A stretch of DNA of 64,000 nucleotides, taken from Solirubrobacterales bacterium (GTDB lineage Bacteria > Actinomycetota > Thermoleophilia > Solirubrobacterales > Solirubrobacteraceae). Below are positions 8,328-18,731 of this stretch, in pieces (the stretch's first letter is position 1; each line of letters begins with the position of its first letter). The notes beneath the pieces were generated by a model. The model was not told where the DNA came from, did no database searches, and saw only the letters and a program-made list of their open reading frames with translations. The DNA lies in NCBI GenBank assembly GCA_038327125.1, contig JBBQKR010000003.1:18302-82301 (forward strand), read 5' to 3'. The position numbers were made by a program, and so were the translations under genes.

Positions 8328-9984
8328 CGGACTTCTTCGGCGACTTGCCCCGCCTGACCTTGATCGTCGCGCGCGCCTTCAGCGTGTGCTTCGTCCCGGC
8401 CTTGAGGTTCCTCACCGTCAGCGTCTGGCGGAACGGGGCCTTCTTGTCCGTCTTGACCTTCTTCTTGTCGATGTAGAACTCGACCTTGGTCACCTTGACC
8501 TTCTTCGTGCCCTTCTTCCGCGACTTCTTGAACGCGAGCGTCGCCGTGAACGATCCACCGGGTGCGACGCAGGCCTTCGGGGCTCCGAGCGTGATCGAGC
8601 CGCCCGGGACCTGGACGGTTCTCGTGACCCTGGTGGAGCCGCCGGTCCCGGGCGTCGCGCCCTTCACGGTGACCGACAGGGTCGCCTCGGCGGCGTTTCC
8701 GGCGAGGTCCTTGAACGCGACCTTCAGCGTGTAGAAGCCGGCGCTGGGGAACGTGATCGCGGCCGGGTTGCCGGTCGCGGGGGGCACGCCCGTCGCGGTC
8801 CACTGGAACGACGCCGGGTCGATGCCCGAGCCGCCGGCGTTGTCGGCGACGTTCGCGGTGTATGTCGTGGGCTGCCCCGCGGTCGCCTGCACCGAGCCGG
8901 TGATCGTCCCGGCCGGAGCGATCAGGTCGGGGATCGTGCTCGCGGCCGTCGAGGTGACGAGCGCGCCGCCCACACCGGCCGCCGCGGCGTTGGTGGCGCT
9001 GTAGGCGCTGACGGCGCGCCAGTCGCGTGTGGCGTTCACGCCGTCGGCGCGCTGGACGTAGGCGTTGCGCCCGTCGATCGACGTGAAGATGTCACCGCCG
9101 TTTCCGACCCAGATCGCGGTACCACCGGTGAACGCCACGTCGTACACGCCGTTGACCGGTGTCGTGGGAACGACTTGCGGGCGGATGAAGTTGCTGGCGC
9201 TGTCTTCGCTGTACTGCAGCGACAGCGTGCCCGTGCAGCGGTCCCCGGCGATCAGCCGGCTGGAGTTCGCGGTGTCCACGGCGAGGCTGGGCTTCTTGTC
9301 GAAGCAGTTGACCGACTCGCCGCGTGTGGAGGCCGAGGACACCAGCGCGTCGGACGTGAAGAACGTGCCGCCGAAGCCCTGCTTGATGAAGAACACCGAG
9401 TCCGAGCCGACGACGGGCGCGATGTCGGTGATCGGACTGCTGCCGCCGTCGAGCTTGCACAGGCCGCTGGCGGCGCGACTGAACTCGCTCCAGGCGCCGC
9501 CGCCGTTGACGGTCCGGTGCAGCGAGCCGCGCAGGTTGTTGGACAGGTACGCCGTGGTGTCGTTGGCCCAGGCGACCGCGGTCGGGTCCTCCGCGAGGTT
9601 CGTCAGCGGGAACGGCCCGTCGAGCGACGAGCAATCCTGCGTGCTGTTGTAGGTCTGAAGCTGCGTCGCCGCACCCCACGTCGTTCCGCCGTCGGCCGAG
9701 CGGGCGACCTTGCCGCCGGTCAGGACAGCGACCGCGATCGTCCCCGGCGGGTTGAGCTTGAGGTCGATGATCGCGAGCCCCGGGAACGTCGCCCGCTGTC
9801 CGCCCGCAAGCGTGAAGATCTTGCCGTTCGCGGTCCCGAACACGGTCTTGTCCGCGCGATGGTCCAGCGCGGTGATCGTCTCGGTCGTGCCACTGCTCAC
9901 CGGCGTCCAGATGCCGGCCGAGGCTGTGACAGCCGATGTGAGCAACACCGCGATGGCGCCGGCGAGTACGAGCAGCGTGCGCAT
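8299..9984 (-). CDS. Secreted BNR/Asp-box beta-propeller protein with a PKD-like domain and a Lys-rich Ig-like C-terminal domain
   Basis: Signal peptide MRTLLVLAGAIAVLLTSAVTASA after the RBS GGAGGA. Asp-box repeats (SADGGTTW, VNGGGAW, SIDGRNAY). A PKD-like segment (TYTANVADNAGGSGID...FYTLKVAFKDLAGN). C-terminal VEFYIDKKKV...APF...LKAGTKHTLKA Ig-like pattern. Confidence 0.75.
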   Translation of the reverse strand: MRTLLVLAGAIAVLLTSAVTASAGIWTPVSSGTTETITALDHRADKTVFGTANGKIFTLAGGQRATFPGLAIIDLKLNPPGTIAVAVLTGGKVARSADGGTTWGAATQLQTYNSTQDCSSLDGPFPLTNLAEDPTAVAWANDTTAYLSNNLRGSLHRTVNGGGAWSEFSRAASGLCKLDGGSSPITDIAPVVGSDSVFFIKQGFGGTFFTSDALVSSASTRGESVNCFDKKPSLAVDTANSSRLIAGDRCTGTLSLQYSEDSASNFIRPQVVPTTPVNGVYDVAFTGGTAIWVGNGGDIFTSIDGRNAYVQRADGVNATRDWRAVSAYSATNAAAAGVGGALVTSTAASTIPDLIAPAGTITGSVQATAGQPTTYTANVADNAGGSGIDPASFQWTATGVPPATGNPAAITFPSAGFYTLKVAFKDLAGNAAEATLSVTVKGATPGTGGSTRVTRTVQVPGGSITLGAPKACVAPGGSFTATLAFKKSRKKGTKKVKVTKVEFYIDKKKVKTDKKAPFRQTLTVRNLKAGTKHTLKARATIKVRRGKSPKKSVSASFSVCA

Positions 9985-10140
9985 GGGTCCTCCGTGGGGG
10001 GAACGCGTCATCCGAGTCCTGCAACGTAGCGCCGCAGGCGGCGGCGTGCGAGCGGTCTCGACGAATCGGCTAGTGTCGCGCCGCCGGAAGGCCGGTCGGG
10101 TCACAGACCGGCCCCCGTTTGGGGTCATGTCGAGGAGGGG

Positions 10141-10502
10141 ATGGCGACGGTGAAGCTCGTTATCGGCATCGTGCGGCCTGAGAAGGCCAACGATGTCCTG
10201 GAATCGCTGTACCGCAGCGAGGTGCGCGGATTCTCGATCAGCAGGGTGCAGGGTCACGGCGGTGAGCTGGACCGGGTCGAGACGTACCGCGGCACGACCG
10301 TGAAGATGGGGCTCTCCGAGAAGGTGCGGTTCGAGATCGCCGTGTCGGACGAGTTCGTCCAGCCGGCGATCGACGCGCTCTGCGAAGGGGCCCGCACCGA
10401 CGAGGTCGGCGACGGCAAGATCTTCGTCGTCCCGCTCGACCGCGTCGTGCGCATTCGCACGGGCGAGACCGATGACGGCGCCGTGACGCCGGTCCGCACG
10501 CC

Positions 10503-10506
<4 letters not shown>
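10141..10506 (+). CDS. glnK: P-II nitrogen regulatory protein
   Basis: MATVKLVIGIVRPEKANDV...SRVQGHGGE...ETYRGTTV (T-loop Tyr)...DGKIFVVPLDRVVRIRTGE. It overlaps amt by 4 nt. Confidence 0.88.
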
Positions 10507-11801
<1,295 letters not shown>

Positions 11802-11809
11802 ACGAAGCG

Positions 11810-11839
11810 CAGAGGGCCCGGCGGGTGCCGGGCCCTCTG
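11810..11839. terminator. Bidirectional terminator hairpin between convergent amt and the SGNH hydrolase gene
   Basis: Perfect 13-bp stem CAGAGGGCCCGGC / GCCGGGCCCTCTG with loop GGGT. Confidence 0.65.
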
Positions 11840-11861
11840 CCGATCAGCGCGTCGCTCTGGC

Positions 11862-12695
11862 TCAGGCGCCGTTGAGCACCTGCGCAAAGGCGTCCGCGAC
11901 CTTCGCGTAGCCCGAGTCGTTCGGGTGCAGGCAGTCGGCGCCGCCGACCCAGTCCGTTGCCGAAAGGTCGCCGTAGACCTCGGCCACCTCGACGTCGTAG
12001 GCCGCGCCCACCGAGCGCATGATGTCGTGGATGCCGTTTGCGAGCGGCCCGGGACCGCCACCCTCGAGCACCAGTCCGGCCAGCAGCGTCGCACCGGGAA
12101 TCCCGGCCAGGTAGCACTGCCCGGTGCCGTTGTCGTAGGTCCCGATCACGATTCGCGCGTCGGGGCCTGCAGCGGTTCGCAGCGCGGACAGCGCCTGGTT
12201 GAGGTCACTGCTGTAGGCGGCGAATTCGGTGCCGATGACGCCCAGGCATGTCAGGTTGATGCCACCCAGGCAAGCTCCGAGGATCGGGTTGACGACGTCG
12301 TTCCCGCCGATCGAGACGGTCACGACCTCGACGTTGTCACGCGGGTTCGAGTTGCCGTTGCGCTCCTGGAGAATGCTGGTGGCCGCCGGCAGCTGACCGG
12401 CGATCATCGTCGGCGTCGTGGCACCCGGCACCGACAGGTTGGTGAGCCCGAGCTTCTTGCAGCCCTGGTTCGGCTTGGGGTTGGCAGAGGGGGAACAGTC
12501 GAAGTTCTCCTTCAGCGCCGCGTTCAGCAGCGGCACGTACCCGGTCGTCGCGGGGTTCGTCGCGCCGTAGCCGTACCCCCACGAATCGCCGAGCGACAGC
12601 TGCAGTGGGCTCGCGGCGAACGCCGACGAGGCGGACACCGCCATGATGAGCATTGCGAGCGATGCGAGCACCGCCGCGCGGGTACGTCCTTGCAT
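11862..12695 (-). CDS. Secreted SGNH/GDSL-family hydrolase (lipase/esterase)
   Basis: Signal peptide. Block I LGDSWGYG, block III SIGGNDV, block V DCLHPNDSGY. Confidence 0.85.
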   Translation of the reverse strand: MQGRTRAAVLASLAMLIMAVSASSAFAASPLQLSLGDSWGYGYGATNPATTGYVPLLNAALKENFDCSPSANPKPNQGCKKLGLTNLSVPGATTPTMIAGQLPAATSILQERNGNSNPRDNVEVVTVSIGGNDVVNPILGACLGGINLTCLGVIGTEFAAYSSDLNQALSALRTAAGPDARIVIGTYDNGTGQCYLAGIPGATLLAGLVLEGGGPGPLANGIHDIMRSVGAAYDVEVAEVYGDLSATDWVGGADCLHPNDSGYAKVADAFAQVLNGA

Positions 12696-12756
12696 TGGAC
12701 TTCTCCTCCTGATTGGGACTTCGGATCGACAGGATGTCAGGCACGGGGCCGTGCTC

Positions 12757-13908
12757 CTAGGACGGTGGCCGCACGACCGTGCCGGGCGGCGCTTCCGCGA
12801 CCCAGTCGGCGATCGCGCTGAACGGCGGCGTCGGGTTGCCGCCGGAGTCGAGGATGCTCGTGTCCCAGGTCGTGCCCGGCTTCTGCGGGTAGAGCTGGTA
12901 GCTCAGCAGCTGGCGCACCGTCGGCGTCCTGCGCGCGATGTTCAGCGACTGGGTCCAATAGCGGGCACGCGTCGTCGCCGGCAGCGACTGCGTGCGGCGG
13001 TAGGCCGGCGCGCCCGCGTTGTTGACCAGGTAGCCGTGCTCGGTCAGGTAGATCCCGGGCGTCCCGCCGGACGGGGTCCGCAGCTGCCCGCGTTTGGCGT
13101 AGCCCTTGAGCGCGGTCACCAGGCGGCCGACCGAGCCGATGCTGATGCTGCCCGCCGCGGGCCACGGCTTCAGCGGTGAGACCTTGAAGGAGTACGGGTG
13201 GTGGGCGAACCCGTCGGTCTTCAGGCGTGCACCCTGGAGCACCTGCTTGATCCACGGCAGCGGCTGCGTCCCCGCGCTCCTGGTCCGCGCGAACGGCGCG
13301 GTCTCCCCGAACAGCACCTTGGCGCTGGGGTTCGCGCGCTTCACCGCGCTGTAGGAGAGCGCGTAGATCCTGCGGTACTGCACGGCGCTCGTGCTGGCCG
13401 GCTTCAGCCAGACGACGAGGTTGGGCTCGTTGAGGATCGAGAAGCGCGTGACCTTCCCCTTGTAGTGCTTGGCGATGTCACCCGCGAACCCGGCGAACTG
13501 CTTGGGATCGGGGTTGGTCTTGCCAAGGCGCCCGGTGCCCGACGCCCACGCCGGAGCCGACAGCGCGAGCGTCATCTGCACCTTGACGCCGTGGGAGCGC
13601 GCCTCCCGGACGAGCCGGTCGAACGACGCGAGCCGGTAGCGGACCTTCGACGGGCGGCGCCTGGAGTTCGGGCTGGAGACCACCGCGCCCCACGGAACGA
13701 GGACGCGCACGTAGCTGGCGTCCAGTTCCCCGATGCGCTCCCATGCCTGCGCGCGCAGCGGAGCCGAGCCGCGCAGCAGCAGGCCGTCGTCCTGGACGGC
13801 GATCTCCAGTGGTGTGGCCGCTGTCGCGGACCCGCAACCGGCCACCAGCACGGCACAGAAGAGCGCTGCGACCAGGCCGCGCGCACGCATCGACAGCAAC
13901 TGAGGCAC
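12757..13908 (-). CDS. Secreted/lipoprotein glycoside hydrolase, clan GH-A (GH5/GH39-like), catalytic residues intact
   Basis: Lipobox-like LVAGCGS. Acid/base motif FSILNEPN and nucleophile motif IYLTEHGY. The start could alternatively be the ATG at 13890. Confidence 0.7.
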   Translation of the reverse strand: MPQLLSMRARGLVAALFCAVLVAGCGSATAATPLEIAVQDDGLLLRGSAPLRAQAWERIGELDASYVRVLVPWGAVVSSPNSRRRPSKVRYRLASFDRLVREARSHGVKVQMTLALSAPAWASGTGRLGKTNPDPKQFAGFAGDIAKHYKGKVTRFSILNEPNLVVWLKPASTSAVQYRRIYALSYSAVKRANPSAKVLFGETAPFARTRSAGTQPLPWIKQVLQGARLKTDGFAHHPYSFKVSPLKPWPAAGSISIGSVGRLVTALKGYAKRGQLRTPSGGTPGIYLTEHGYLVNNAGAPAYRRTQSLPATTRARYWTQSLNIARRTPTVRQLLSYQLYPQKPGTTWDTSILDSGGNPTPPFSAIADWVAEAPPGTVVRPPS

Positions 13909-13997
13909 CTCGGGGAAGGTCAGGGCAGGGACTTCATGCCCATGCCGTTGCCGTCGCTAACACGCGTGCAGTGCGCGAGTTCCGCACCGGCTGTCGC

Positions 13998-14351
13998 TCA
14001 GGCCAGCGTCAACTCACGCCGGCGGGCCGTCGGGGACCGCCCCGAGCTGCTGCACGTCGACGCTCTTTCCGGTCGGGGCATGCCCATGAGCTCCCCCTCA
14101 TGCGTCCCGGTCATTCGCGCCCGCGCGACCACCTTGTCGCCATCGACCAGGACGTCCTCGGGCTCCATCCGCATGTCGGGGAACGCCGCGCGCTGGATCC
14201 TGAAGAACTCCAGGACCCCGTCCTTCGTCGGAGCCAGGCCGGGCGTCTCCTCGTGCTCGACGAAGTCGTCGGCCAACACGGCCCCGAACCCGTCGATGTC
14301 CCCGTCGCTCAACAGGCTGTAGAAGCGCCGAACCGTCGCCGCGTGATCCAT
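13998..14351 (-). CDS. SnoaL-like / ester cyclase (NTF2 superfamily) protein
   Basis: MDHAATVRRFYSLLSDGDIDGFGAVLADDFVEHE...RMTGTHEGELMGMP pattern. Confidence 0.75.
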   Translation of the reverse strand: MDHAATVRRFYSLLSDGDIDGFGAVLADDFVEHEETPGLAPTKDGVLEFFRIQRAAFPDMRMEPEDVLVDGDKVVARARMTGTHEGELMGMPRPERASTCSSSGRSPTARRRELTLA

Positions 14352-14444
14352 GGTCCCTCCTCGTGTAGGTCGTCGCGACGACCCTCGCGGAAACAGGACC
14401 AGGCTGCAAGCTCTTGCCCAAGACCGGGCTTGACTCAGTCGACC

Positions 14445-16712
14445 TCAGCGATTCTCGACGGCGACGATCCGCGGTGCTTCAGCCGACTCCCCGTCAGCCC
14501 CGGCAAAGGGGTCAGCCGGCATCACGGGCGCCGGCGCCCCGGCGTGCCCGTCGATCTCGATGCCCGGCAGCACGCGATCGAGCCAGCGTGGCATCCACCA
14601 GTTGGCGTCGCCCAGCAGCGTCATGAGGGCCGGCACCAGCACCAGCCGCACGATCGTCACGTCGACGAAGATGGCAGTCGCCAGGCCGAGACCGAACATC
14701 TTGGTCACCGGATCGTCGCTCAGGACGAAGCCCAGGAAGACCGAGATCATGATCAGCGCCGCTGACGTGATCACGCGCGCCGTGCCGGCGATCCCGTTGA
14801 TCACCGACGTCTTGTTGTCGCCGGTGCGCAGGTACTCCTCGCGCACTCTGGACAGCAGGAACACCTCGTAGTCCATCGAGAGGCCGAAGAGGATCGCGAA
14901 CATGAACATCGGGATGAACGAGATGATCGGCAGCGTCGACTCCAGGCCGATCAGCTCGGCGCCCCATCCCCACTGGAACACCATCACCAGCACGCCGTAG
15001 GCGGCGCCGATGCTCAGCAGGTTCATCAGCGCCGCCTTCAGCGGCACGAGGATCGATCGGAAGACCACGACCAGCAGCAGGAACGACAGCAGGATGACCG
15101 CGGCGATGAACAGCGGGAGTCGATCCTTGACCCTGTCGCTGACGTCGGCGAAGCTCGCGGTCTGACCGCCGATGTGGGCTCGGGCCGGGCTCTGGGCGAG
15201 CACCGATGGGAGCACGTCCGCACGCAGCCGCCTCAGCGTGTCGCGCGTGGCAGCGTCCTGGGGCCCTGTGGTGGGGAAGGCCACCAGCGTCGCGACGCCG
15301 GCCTGCGCGTTCACCTCGGGGGCGGCGACGCTGTCGATGCCAGCGTCGGCACCGATCGCATCGCGAAGCGGCTCGACCACGCTGCGATCCTTGGAGACGT
15401 CGACGGCGACGACCAGCGGGCCGTTGCTGCCGGGGCCGAACCCGGCAGCAACGAGATCGTATGCGCGGCGCTCGGTCCGGTTCTCCGGCAGCGCGCCCTC
15501 GTCGGGGTTGCCCATGCGCAGGGCCAGCACCGGTGCGGTGATCGCCAGCAGGAGAACGGTGACGCCGATCGTGTAGGCCCGTGCGTGCCGTGACACGTGC
15601 TCTCCCCAGCGCCGCCAGCCCGAGCCCGCCGCGGCGCCGGGCCCGGCTGGGCTGCGCCGCGGTCCGAGGCGGTTGATCCAGTGCCCGGCCACGCCCAGGA
15701 ACGCGGGCAGCAGCGTGATCGAGGCGACCACCATGATCAGCACGATCACCGCGATCGCGACTCCGGAGGCGGTCACGACCGGAACGCCGGCGACCGCCAG
15801 CCCGAGGATCGCGATGACCACCGTGACGCCGGCGAAGACGACGACCTGGCCGGCGGTCGCCACGGCGCGGCCGACCGACTCCTCCACCGCCATGCCGCGT
15901 GCGAGGTACTCACGGTGCCGGGTCACGAGAAACAGGGCGTAGTCGATGCCGACGCCCAGCCCGACCATCGTGCCGAGCTGGGGAGCCCAGCTGGGAATGT
16001 CGATCAGGTAGGTGACGAGCGACATCGAGCTGATGCCGACGGCGAGGCCGAACAGGGCGATCCCGATCGGAAGGCCGACCGCGATCAGTGATCCGAACGC
16101 CAGGAACAGCACGATCGCGGCGGCCAGCAGGCCGATCAGCTCGCTGGTGCCGCTCTCGGCCTGCTCGAACGCGAAGAACAGGTCACCGCCCATCTCGAGC
16201 CGCAGCGGCGAACCCTCACCGGCCTTCGAGCCGAACGTCTTGAGCTTCTCGAGGTCGTCCTCGTCGAGATCCTCGAGCACCGGATAGTGGATGCGGATGA
16301 CCGCGACGCGGCCGTCCTGTGACACGGCTCCGGTCCGGGCCGCGGCCTCGCGTCCCGCAGCGAGCGCAGCGGCTGGATCGCTTGCGCGCAGCACGTTCGG
16401 GAGCGCGGTGAGACCCGCCTGGACGTCGGCCAGGGCGGCCCGCGCGTCAGCCGAGTTCAAGAACGTCGTGCCGTCCTCGCGCGGCGTCGCGACGATCTGC
16501 GCGGTCAGCCCGGCCTGATCGGACCCGGCAGCGCTCAGCAGCTCGGTCGCCTTCTGGGAGTCGACACCGGGCGCCTGGAAGGAGTCCTCCAGCACGCGGC
16601 CGAAGGCGGCGGACGCTCCGATCACGAGCACGGACACGACGAGCCATGCCCCGATCACGGCCCAGGGGCGCCGGGCGGAGAAGCGGCCCAGCCGGTACAG
16701 GAGGTGCGACAT
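14445..16712 (-). CDS. MMPL family (RND superfamily) transporter
   Basis: MSHLLYRLGRFSARRPWAVIGAWLV... with two 6-TM bundles carrying MMPL blocks (GVGIDYALFLVTRHRE, GLSMDYEVFLLSRVREE). The start is at the internal ATG at 16712. Confidence 0.9.
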   Translation of the reverse strand: MSHLLYRLGRFSARRPWAVIGAWLVVSVLVIGASAAFGRVLEDSFQAPGVDSQKATELLSAAGSDQAGLTAQIVATPREDGTTFLNSADARAALADVQAGLTALPNVLRASDPAAALAAGREAAARTGAVSQDGRVAVIRIHYPVLEDLDEDDLEKLKTFGSKAGEGSPLRLEMGGDLFFAFEQAESGTSELIGLLAAAIVLFLAFGSLIAVGLPIGIALFGLAVGISSMSLVTYLIDIPSWAPQLGTMVGLGVGIDYALFLVTRHREYLARGMAVEESVGRAVATAGQVVVFAGVTVVIAILGLAVAGVPVVTASGVAIAVIVLIMVVASITLLPAFLGVAGHWINRLGPRRSPAGPGAAAGSGWRRWGEHVSRHARAYTIGVTVLLLAITAPVLALRMGNPDEGALPENRTERRAYDLVAAGFGPGSNGPLVVAVDVSKDRSVVEPLRDAIGADAGIDSVAAPEVNAQAGVATLVAFPTTGPQDAATRDTLRRLRADVLPSVLAQSPARAHIGGQTASFADVSDRVKDRLPLFIAAVILLSFLLLVVVFRSILVPLKAALMNLLSIGAAYGVLVMVFQWGWGAELIGLESTLPIISFIPMFMFAILFGLSMDYEVFLLSRVREEYLRTGDNKTSVINGIAGTARVITSAALIMISVFLGFVLSDDPVTKMFGLGLATAIFVDVTIVRLVLVPALMTLLGDANWWMPRWLDRVLPGIEIDGHAGAPAPVMPADPFAGADGESAEAPRIVAVENR

Positions 16713-16790
16713 CGGTGAGTCCCTTTCGAAGATCGTTTGGTGCACCGTTGCGGCGCGGCTCGAGCGTGACGGGACCGGGCGCCGCACACC

Positions 16791-16855
16791 ATCGGCCGAA
16801 GGGCTCGACTTCACCTGGCCGATCGGGCGAGGGACGGCTCGTACCTCTGGCCGAT
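16791..16855. promoter_or_regulatory. Repeated GGCCGAT motif set in the MMPL / two-component divergent intergenic region (candidate response-regulator sites)
   Basis: CTGGCCGAT occurs at 16815-16823 and 16847-16855 (32 nt apart). An inverted copy, ATCGGCC, lies at 16791-16797. Confidence 0.3.
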
Positions 16856-16889
16856 ACCGCCCTCGTCGCGCGTTCTTTACGCTGGACTC

Positions 16890-18038
16890 GTGCTGAAAAC
16901 CGCCTTCCAGTCGCTGCTTGCCGAGCCCCGGGCTCCGGCGCCCCCGGCCCGCGTGTGGCGCGACTGGGCGCTCGTCGCGGTGCTGGCGCCGGCGGCGCTG
17001 CTCGAGGGTGTCCTGCGTGAGGACGTGGCCTGGCGCGGGGTCGCGATCGTGCTCTGCCTGGCGGTGGTGATGCTGCTGCCGTGGCGGCGAACGCACCCGC
17101 TCGCCGTCGTCGCCGCGGCATTCGGCTCTGTGTCGGTCGTCGGGGTCGTGGCCTTCTTCGGCGCCGGCGAACCGGTGGGGCTCGACACGACCGCGAGTGT
17201 GGTGCTGCTGCCCTACTCGCTGTTTCGCTGGGGGTCAGGACGCGAGGCCGGCATCGGGCTGGCGATCATCCTGGTCGCTGATGTCGTCGGCATCGCCGGT
17301 GACTCCCCGGGTATCGCCGATGCACTGTTCGGGAGCATGTTCCTGCTGTTCCCTGCCGTGCTCGGCGCCTCCGTCCGCTTCCGCGCCACATCGCGGCTGC
17401 GCGAGTTCGACCAGGTGAAGCTGCGCGAGCGCGAGCAGCTGGCGCGCGAGCTGCATGACACCGTCGCCCACCACGTCTCGGCGATCGCCATCCAGGCCCA
17501 GGCCGGGCGGACCGTCGCAGGCAACGACCCCGGCGCCGCCGTGCGCGCCCTCGAGGTGATCGAGGAGGAGGCGTCGCGCACGCTTGCCGAGATGCGCACG
17601 ATGGTCGGCGCGCTGCGTGAGGGCGAGGAGGCCGAGCTCACCCCGCAGCGCGGCGTGGCCGACATCGAGCGCCTTGCGCGCGACTCGGCCCACGGGCCGC
17701 GGGTCGACGTGGAGCTCAGCGGCGACCTCGATCAGCTCAGGCCGTCGGTGGAGGCCGCGATGTATCGCCTCGCGCAGGAATCGATCACCAACTCGCTCAG
17801 GCACGCGCGCCACGCGACGCGCATCGACGTCTCCGTCGCCGGCGAGGACGACTGCGTGCGGCTGACGGTCCGCGATGACGGTGATGCGAGCGCAGCGGGC
17901 CGCAGCTCGTCCGGCTACGGGCTCGTGGGCATGACCGAACGAGCCGCGCTGCTCGGCGGCAGCCTCGAGGCAGGCCCGGCTCCCGGGAGGGGATGGACGG
18001 TCAGCGCGGTGCTGCCGCGGGCGGGGGCGGCGACATGA
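16890..18038 (+). CDS. Sensor histidine kinase (HisKA_3 / NarX-LiaS type)
   Basis: N-terminal TM segments, the H-box REREQLARELHDTVAHHVS, and HATPase motifs (QESITNSLRHA, DDGDA, GYGLVGMTERA). GTG start. Confidence 0.9.
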   Translation: MLKTAFQSLLAEPRAPAPPARVWRDWALVAVLAPAALLEGVLREDVAWRGVAIVLCLAVVMLLPWRRTHPLAVVAAAFGSVSVVGVVAFFGAGEPVGLDTTASVVLLPYSLFRWGSGREAGIGLAIILVADVVGIAGDSPGIADALFGSMFLLFPAVLGASVRFRATSRLREFDQVKLREREQLARELHDTVAHHVSAIAIQAQAGRTVAGNDPGAAVRALEVIEEEASRTLAEMRTMVGALREGEEAELTPQRGVADIERLARDSAHGPRVDVELSGDLDQLRPSVEAAMYRLAQESITNSLRHARHATRIDVSVAGEDDCVRLTVRDDGDASAAGRSSSGYGLVGMTERAALLGGSLEAGPAPGRGWTVSAVLPRAGAAT

Positions 18039-18691
18039 CGATCAGCGTGATCGTCGCCGACGATCAGGACCTGATCCGCACCGGGCTGAGGATGATCCTC
18101 GACGCCCAGCCCGACATCGAGGTGATCGGTGAGGCGGCCGACGGGCGCGAAGCGGTGGCGCTCGCCCGCGAGCTGCGTCCCGACGTGTGCCTGTTCGACA
18201 TCCGCATGCCGCACATGGACGGCATCGAGGCCACCCGGCAGCTGGCCGGCCCCGACGTGGAGGATCCGCTCGCGATCATCGTGATCACGACCTTCGACCT
18301 CGACGAGTACGTCCACGGCGCCCTCAAGGCCGGCGCCCGCGGCTTCCTGCTCAAGGATGCCGGGCCTGCGCTGCTGATCCAGGCGATCCACGCTGCCGCT
18401 GACGGTGACGCGCTGATCGCCCCGCGCGTCACCGCCCGCCTGCTGGCCGCATTCGCCGACACCAGCACCGAACGCCCGCCGGCTCAGCCGGCCGAGCCGC
18501 TCACGGCCCGCGAGGAGGAGGTCCTGGTCACCGTCGCCCAAGGGCGGACCAACAGTGAGATCGCCGACGAGCTGCACATCAGCCTCAGCACCGTCAAGAC
18601 CCATCTTGCCAGCCTGATGGCCAAGCTCGGGGCCCGAAACCGCGTGGAGATCGCGATGTGGGCCCACGAGACCGGGCGCTTCAGGCCCTGA
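18035..18691 (+). CDS. Response regulator, NarL/LuxR family
   Basis: MTISVIVADDQDLIRTGL...DVCLFDIRMPHMDG (receiver domain) plus LTAREEEVLVTVAQGRTNSEIADELHISLSTVKTH (LuxR HTH). The ATGA overlaps the kinase stop. Confidence 0.93.
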   Translation: MTISVIVADDQDLIRTGLRMILDAQPDIEVIGEAADGREAVALARELRPDVCLFDIRMPHMDGIEATRQLAGPDVEDPLAIIVITTFDLDEYVHGALKAGARGFLLKDAGPALLIQAIHAAADGDALIAPRVTARLLAAFADTSTERPPAQPAEPLTAREEEVLVTVAQGRTNSEIADELHISLSTVKTHLASLMAKLGARNRVEIAMWAHETGRFRP

Positions 18692-18731
18692 CCTGCCGGC
18701 AGGGTGCAGCGCCGAGCGCGAGGCCCGGTGA

